DNA of 59,587 bases from Rhynchobatus australiae (taxonomy: Eukaryota): NCBI GenBank assembly GCA_034780895.1, contig JAUZTB010000070.1, positions 13,283,612 to 13,343,198 on the forward strand. The letters are read 5' to 3'. Positions 51,911 to 59,587 of the stretch are shown one piece after another. The translations under genes were made by a program, and so were the position numbers. Every line of letters starts with the position of its first letter. Position 1 is the stretch's first letter. Below the pieces are notes generated by a model. The model was not told the DNA's origin, did not search any database, and saw nothing but the letters and a program-made list of their open reading frames with translations.

Positions 51911-54491
51911 CAACAGTCATGTTGACTGTTGAAGAAGTTCTGTGGGCTTTTTTGTTATTTTAGGAACAATGTTGCTGATAGGATTCAAAGGAGTGGAGCA
52001 TGAATTTTCACTCAATTGATCTAAATGGCCATTGCTGCCACAGTCATTGTCAGTGATTATTACTGCATACCCTGGTAATTCAAATATAGAGTTCAGCAAT
52101 TCCTTCCAAGATTGGCAGGTTTGAAATAGTGTTCATCTATGTAATTGCCTGTAATATTTTGCTGGACCTGCTGTTTAACGTGGGTTAGCCCTGATCTGTA
52201 CAATGTCCACTGTATGGGTCCTCACAGGGTTACAAGCACCTGATTTATGGATACTCCCTGCATGTAAACAAGCATTTGAAAGACTAGTGGGATGAATGAG
52301 GATGGCTTTGCCAATTGCTGCAGTGTTTGGGACTGGGTAGAAAAGAGGAGAGCTGGGAGCATTGGGCAGAATCACACACACTGGTTGGTGAGGCTGGCTG
52401 GCAGCTGCTCTTCCCGCATCCTCTCGCTCTCTTGTCAAAGCTATGTCTGTGATCCTTTCCCACACTGTGTTCATTTCTGACTTGTGGACAGTTCTCAGTA
52501 ACAGAACCCCCTCATAACCTGGAAACTGCATGTAGTCTGATCAGTAAAGTGGGCCGTTCTGCACACCACTTTATTCCGTGGATCAACATTCCATTGTTCA
52601 TGGATTTCACAAATCACAACATTCTGCAGTGCTTATAACACTGTACTTTGTAATAGAGTTAACTTCATTGCCATTCTCATTGATCTTTAAGTATTTTCAA
52701 GTTTTGGCCTAACTGCCTTGATTCCTTTTCAAGATATACTGGCAGTGTGACAGGTGGTGGGATACCCTGTTTAACCCCACTAACACTGTTTCAGAGTGTT
52801 TTGATGTGAGGAGATGTGAAGAACAGTTGCACTATTTTCTGTCTCATCTGTGCACAATATGGATTTCTGATCTAAAGGGCATAAGTGTTAATGATTTTTT
52901 TAAAGTAACATGCAAATGATGTTTCCTCCAGATGAGAAGACTTTCACAAGTTGACCACTTAGAGTATGCTCAAGGTACAAAAGTTCATTAAAGGGCATAT
53001 AGCTGAAATCTGTGGTAGCAGTTCTCATCGAAAAGTGGCACTTGTGCCTTCGAGCATTTAGGTTGTAATGGACCAGAGGGTTTGAAGGGTTGGNNNNNNN
53101 NNNNNNNNNNNNNNNNNNNNNNNNNNNNNNNNNNNNNNNNNNNNNNNNNNNNNNNNNNNNNNNNNNNNNNNNNNNNNNNNNNNNNNNNNNNNNTCCTCTG
53201 AATTTTGACTGCTTGGTTTTAAGATGACCAGAAGCACAACAATCTTATTCTTAATCTCAAAATAAATTGTTGCAAGGCAATCGTTCCTACAATTATAATT
53301 TGTGCAGTATGTTTCGTTTACTGGATCCTATTATACTGGTACACTGTTGACTGCTTTGAAAATAAGATGATATGAAAAAGGCATCATCTTATTCAGCCAG
53401 TAGCAGGGAGGTGATTGAGGAACAATGCCTCTGGATAATTATTTATCAGCCATGCTGACAAAGAGTTAGTCAGCATGTTACAGGCACACCTCCAGAGCAA
53501 ATATTGTGGTGTAGCTGGAAGTATGTGTGTTAGCCACGCTGATGTCAATGCGATCTACAGCCAAAAAACTAAAGTTGGCTTCTATATTTATGCTCCAGGT
53601 AATCTCTATATTTCAATTATCACTATTAGAATACTACAACACAGAAGGATACCATGTAGTCCATCGAGTCATTGCTTTTAGTTGATTGCCCCTGGGTTAG
53701 CTGCACTATAATCCAATTCCAATTTCCCTGAAATGCATCCATACAATTCAAGGGTAGGATGTTTTGCATGCTTTTTGGTTAAAGAAGTTTCCATTGAATT
53801 TCCTTTTTGGATTTAATTGTTCTCATTTGTTTCTATGACTGTAGCTTTGGGCTGGACCGGAAGAGGAAACATTCTCTTCACATCTACTGTATCAAAGATT
53901 TTCATTATCTTGAAAGACTTCCATCAGGTTATTCCTTCACCACCTTTCTAGAGAAGGGAGACTGGCTTGTTCCACCATTCCTGACCAATAGATCCCCTCA
54001 GTTCTGGTTTCCATCCCGTGAATTTTTATTACCCACCTTCACTGCATCCATGTGTATTTTCTAATCTGGAGACCAGAATTCTGCTAGGCACCGTGGACCT
54101 GACCAAATTNNNNNNNNNNNNNNNNNNNNNNNNNNNNNNNNNNNNNNNNNNNNNNNNNNNNNNNNNNNNNNNNNNNNNNNNNNNNNNNNNNNNNNNNNNN
54201 NNNNNNNNNNNNNNNNNNNNNNNNNNNNNNNNNNNNNNNNNNNNNNNNNNNNNNNNNNNNNNNNNNNNNNNNNNNNNNNNNNNNNNNNNNNNNNNNNNNN
54301 NNNNNNNNNNNNNNNNNNNNNNNNNNNNNNNNNNNNNNNNNNNNNNNNNNNNNNNNNNNNNNNNNNNNNNNNNNNNNNNNNNNNNNNNNNNNNNNNNNNN
54401 NNNNNNNNNNNNNNNNNNNNNNNNNNNNNNNNNNNNNNNNNNNNNNNNNNNNNNNNNNNNNNNNNNNNNNNNNNNNNNNNNNNNNNNNNNN

Positions 54492-56620
54492 CTGTCATAG
54501 CCATGATACTCATGTGGCTGATCCAGTTGAATTTCAGGTCAATGATGATACCCAGGATGCTGAATGTAAGGGACTCAGTGATGGGAATGCTATTGACCGT
54601 CAAGTGTAGGTGGTTAGACTCTCTCTTGTTGGAGATGGTCATTGCCAGGAATTTTTGTAATGTAAACATGACTTGCCATTTATCAGTCCATGCCTGAATG
54701 TTGTCCAGGTCTTGCTGCCAGTGGGCAGTGACATTTGCTAAGGAGTTCCAAATGGAATCAAACATTACAACATCTGCAAACATCTGATCTTCCAGTGAAA
54801 GGAAGGTCATTGAAGAAGCAACTGATGTTGCTTGGGCTGAGGATGCTCCCCCGAGGAACTCCTGCAGTGATGACCTGGGGCTGGGATGATTTATCTCCAA
54901 ACACCACCATCATCCTTTATGCATGGTATGACCCGAGCATTGCTGTGTTATCCTCCTGATGCTCACTGACATCAGATTTCCCAGGGCTCCTTGAAGCCAC
55001 TTTGATGTCAAGGACAGTCTCTCTTACCTCTGGATTTCAGCTTTTTTCGTCCATGGTTGGACCAAGACTGTAATGAGATCTGGAGCTAAGTGATCCTGGC
55101 AAAATTTCACAGGGAACCAGTAAGCATATTATTGGTGAGTAAGCACCACTTGACAGCACTGTTCATAATCCCTTCCATCAGCTTTCTGTTTGAGGGAAGA
55201 CTGATGAGTTTGTAATCGGCTGGATTGGATTTATCCTGCTCTTTTTAAATAGGACATGTCGGGGCAGTTTCCTCTGTGGCCAGGGAAAAGCTAGAATTGA
55301 AAATGTACTGAAAATGTTTGACGAGAGGCATGGTTGGGTCTGGAGCACAGATCCTATAATCAGGATGCTGTCTGATCCCATTGACCTGATTATAACCAGC
55401 ACAGTGGAGTGAATCAAATTGGCTGGAGACTGGCTTCTGTGATGGTGGGGATCTCAGGAGAAAGCCAAGATGGATCATCCACTCACCAGCTGACCATGGT
55501 TGTGAATGTTTCAGCCTTCTCTTTAGCACTGATGTGCCTGGAAGCACCATTATTGAAGATGGGGATGTTCTTGGATCCTTCTCCCATTTGCTGTTTAATT
55601 GTCCATTACTATTCACAGCAAGTGAGACTGCAGAACTTTGATCTGTTGGTTGTAAAATCACTTAGCTCTGTCTATTGCATATTCTTTTGTTCAGCACATA
55701 AGTAATCCTACATCACAGCTTCACTAGGCTGGGACTTCATCGTTTTCAACAATGTCTGATGATGGTCCTGACAAACTCTTTTGCACTCGTTAATCAGGGT
55801 TAAGCCGTAGGTTGATAGTAATGGTCGGTGAAGGGATGTGTCAGGCTGAGTTGACAGATTGTGGTGGTGCACACTGCTGCTGTTGATGGTCCACAGAGCC
55901 TCATGGATGCCATGTTTTGAGCTGCCAGATGTGTTCTGAGACTATTCCATGCACTACATTTGTAGTGCCACATGATAGAGGGTTCCTTTAATGTAAAGAT
56001 GTAAATCTATCATGGATAGATGTATCTGCCACTGATAGACTGGTGAGGTTAAGTAGATTTGCCTCTCATGTTCAAATTTGGCAGTTACGTCCTTCAGGAC
56101 TCTGCCAGGTCAGTCAGTGGTGGTACTCTTGGTAATGGGCATTGAAGCCCCCACCCAGATTACATTCTGTGCCCTTGATACTCCCTGTGCTTCCTCCAAG
56201 TGGTGGGCACTGTTGAGAGTACCATACATAGTAATCAGGAGGAGGCTTCCTTTACCCATGTTTGACCTGATGCGACGAGACTTCATGGAGTCGGGAGTCA
56301 ATGTTGAGGACTCCGAGGACCACTCCCTCCTGCCTGTACCTCACTGCACTGCCACCTTTGGAGGGTGTGTCTTGCTGGTTGGACTAGGTGTACCCACAGA
56401 TTGAGAGGGAGTTGTCTGGCACATTGTTTATAAGGTATGATTCTGTGGGTCTGACTCTGACAGACAGTTCTCCCAGTGTTTGCGAGGAGGACTTTTCAAG
56501 GTCGACTTTGCCATGTCCAAATTCAGTGCCTTGGGCAATGCCATGTGGTCGATCTGGTTTCATTCCTTCCATTGAGGAATTGTTTAAATATTGTGGATTG
56601 GAATCAGGATTTAAATATCT
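54492..56620 (-). mobile_element. CR1/L2-clade LINE ORF2 (endonuclease plus RT) remnant
   Basis: Minus-strand ORFs MFADVVMF..QQDLDNIQAWTDKWQVMF..ILGIIID.KFNW.SH and LLLITMY..HHLEEA...RAQNVIWVG. Confidence 0.85.
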
Positions 56621-57009
56621 CCCACAGTGGATCATCGCTCAAGGAAAGCACCAAAAGAAGACGTAAAAGTAGTTGAATTGATTACACTTATTTTAAGCTA
56701 GTCTGGAGTGTTGCTTTCAATATGACAAGACACACAGGGATGTCAACACCCAACTTTGCATCACCACTATCTCTCCACTCCCTAAATTGCCACATTGCAA
56801 GTTTGTTACCCAATCTAAAATTGCAAACACTGAAATCAGCACAAATGTCTCTGGGCCACGGTCTCTTCCTGTTGATGGTGTGAAGCCACAGCAAGTATTC
56901 AGCAACTTTGTGTCATGCTTCATTCCAAGGTGGCCTCTGACCACACAGCTGTGTCCAATTCTTAACAATACCCAGCTTGCTCTCCACCCCAGAAGCCTCA
57001 TCAATTTCT

Positions 57010-57350
57010 GATACCTCCAGCATGATCGCACTGGATAAATCTTCCCCTCGCCTCCCCTTTCAGCCTGTTGAAAGGACCATTCTTTCAAGGAGACACTGGA
57101 ACATTTTCTATCTCCACCAATATACCTTTTCCTTCCTAAGTCACTTTTCAATCCAATCTCAGGAGATCCAGTACTGACCCTTTTAACTCTTCCCTCCCCA
57201 CTGGATCCCCAAGCACTTCTTTCACATGAAGCAGTTGTTTAGTATATTGATTGGGTGATCACTTTGTGGAGCACTGATCAGAAGTCACAAGCTTGTGAGT
57301 GAGTCACTTATAAGTTTAATTCTCTCTCATTCCCACTCTGACCTCCAATT
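57010..57350 (+). mobile_element. Penelope-like element GIY-YIG region remnant
   Basis: Degenerate IFPSPPLSAC*KDHSFKETL, PKHFFHMKQLF, LGDHFVEH and FNSLSFPL motifs. Confidence 0.6.
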
Positions 57351-58554
57351 TTAACTGTTGACTGTGTCATCAGTTCCCAATGCCCTAAACTCGAATCCTT
57401 TTCTTGAAACTCTCCACCTCTCTTTCCTCCTTCAAGACCTGTAAAATCTACCCTGATCCAGTTTTTGATCATCACTCCTAATCTCTTTACATCGCACAGT
57501 GTCAAATTGTGTTTGTTAATGCTCCATGAATTACCTAAGGGCATTCTACTGCATTAAAGGCATTCTCTAAATGCACGGCGTTCCTGCTGCATAGCAATAA
57601 CTGACTGAGGATCTGGTTACAGGGATCCAAATTCTTGAGCAAATGTCAAATCTCAAAGAAGCACCTTTTGTCTGTGTGNNNGTACAGTTACTGGCATTCA
57701 TTTTATGTGCAAACTTGGTCTTGTCACATTTATCTTACATTTTTATTTTCTGTGAATACAGTTTCTCAGCCAACTATCAGCAGGACAGAGAAGGAAGGAG
57801 AAAAAACAGGTTTGACCAGACCAAAATACCAAAGATGGCCTTTTCACACCAACAAGGTATGGTAGAACTGTTTCCCTTTAATTCCAAATAAAATCATTCA
57901 GCAAAATATGATTTTCAAATATTACAGAATGTTAGTGACCTGAAGTCTAACACACACCTTGTATACTCACATGTTCAATTCATATGGGAGTATCCATCAA
58001 TAATTATTTTAGAATGATAAGAGCTAAGAGGTGGGTCAATGAATTAGAGTTATTATTTTGGAATGTAGCAATACACCTCCCAGTTCATCCAACCTGATCT
58101 CTGTTTCACTGCATCTGCATCTGTTTACTTGCAATCTTCTGTTTATGAGCATGAGCTGAAACTCCCAGGACAGATTGACACCGACGTCATCTGACAATAG
58201 TTCTGATAACTTGGGATACCTGCCAGGTGGGGTTTAAATCATTCATACCATTTGCTTCTCTCACTCCTTGTTTCAGACACAAAAGCTTTTAATTTGTTGT
58301 AGATTCATTTTATAATTTATTTATGAGCACTGTTTCTCATTTAAATCTTTTCAGTAAAGACTCAGGATGGCCAATGTGTTTGCATATCAGAGTTCGCAGG
58401 TTGACTGGTGTGAAGACAATTTTCAGTTTTCAGAGAAAGTTGCAGAGTTTTATAATACGGTGAGTACTATCAACCATGTAATTTCACAATTGAAGTAGAA
58501 GACAAACTGTGGTACTTTAAGCTATTTCACAGCCTAGAATTTAGAGCATACAAT

Positions 58555-58722
58555 AGCATTTTAAACAGAATGAGAACTAGAGCATTTTAAACTGTATGAC
58601 AGACTAAAATTTGAAAAGACAGCATTATTTTAAACTGTATCACAGACTCAAATTAGAACAGGCACAAGCATTTTAGATATCATGGTCTAGCATTGGAACA
58701 AAGAGCAGCATTTTTTAATTGT
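58555..58722. repeat. Degenerate minisatellite (~40-45 bp unit, AGCATTTTAAACTGTAT.ACAGACT)
   Basis: AGCATT(A)TTTT recurs about five times and runs into an N gap. Confidence 0.6.
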
Positions 58723-58834
58723 NNNNNNNNNNNNNNNNNNNNNNNNNNNNNNNNNNNNNNNNNNNNNNNNNNNNNNNNNNNNNNNNNNNNNNNNNNNNNN
58801 NNNNNNNNNNNNNNNNNNNNNNTTAATTGTACCA

Positions 58835-59043
58835 TAAGCACCAGTGATTGGGGTTCGAGTCCCATCGCTGTCTGTAAGGAGTTTGTACGTTCTCCCATGT
58901 CTGCATGGGTTTCCTCCAGGTGCTCTGGTTTCTTCCCACAATCTAAAGACGTACGGGTAAGTTAATTTGGGGTTTAAAATGGGTGGCTCAGACTCGTTGG
59001 GCCAGAAGGGCCTGTTACCACGCTGTAAATAAAATTTAAATTT
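58835..59043 (+). mobile_element. Young tRNA-derived SINE
   Basis: GGGTTCGAGTCCC B box, GGAGTTTGTACGTTCTCCC core, tail ...GCTGTAAATAAAATTTAAA. Confidence 0.85.
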
Positions 59044-59587
59044 ATATGAATTGAAACAGTCTCTCAGGTAATCTCCAAACTAAATTATGAACCTGTCATA
59101 AAACAGAAAATGCAGGAAATACTAAGTAGATCAGGAATCTGCAGAGTGAGAAACAGAGTTAAAGTCTCAAGGGATGACCTTTCAGCAGAGAATGTCAGCT
59201 ATTTGACTGTTCATAGATGTAAGTTTATGCTTATAATATGCTCCATATGAATTTCCAAATCTTAAACGGACTACCAAGGTAACTAATAAAAAGAGTTATT
59301 TTAACTCCTCATGACAAGTTCAAGGCTAACATTGGGTTGGATGCCTTCATTTTACTCTTTTTTTTCCCTTTCATATATTTTTATATTTTATGGTGCTGAT
59401 CTGTCACTATTGTAGTTGCTGAAAGTAATACTGGTAATGTGTATCTGGGTTTGAGAACTCATACCTGAGTGTTGGTTTTCAGAGAATTATGACATGGCTT
59501 TGTTTAAGAATATGGAAAGAAATAAATGTCATTGCTCTGTGCAGCTAATAAAGGTTGTTCACTGTCATTCATTTTTTGGAGATGATC

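Noticed and set aside
58555-58722. Spaced short repeats superficially like a CRISPR array
   Set aside because: Irregular AT-rich minisatellite with related spacers in a vertebrate genome, and no cas genes.

Overview
Eukaryotic, repeat-rich, gapped draft sequence, most likely from a cartilaginous fish (inferred from its CR1, Penelope, V-SINE/Deu-SINE and Harbinger repeats). There are two + strand genes. (1) The last four coding exons (3129-14881) of an EAAT1-like glutamate transporter, whose residues look more like the SLC1A8 paralog than SLC1A3. (2) A complete 7-exon, 258-aa ANP32 gene (27608-49116) with a CpG-island promoter. It resembles the avian 'ANP32B' (proposed ANP32C) paralog but keeps the influenza-permissive N129/D130 pair. 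The rest is mostly decayed retroelements, plus a fossil two-gene Harbinger transposon in an SLC1A intron and a Penelope-derived palindrome with degenerate hammerhead-like cores. No prokaryotic systems, CRISPR, rRNA or tRNA genes were seen, and I found no clearly new biological system. Paralog assignments rest on recalled sequences and need phylogeny. Repeat boundaries are approximate.
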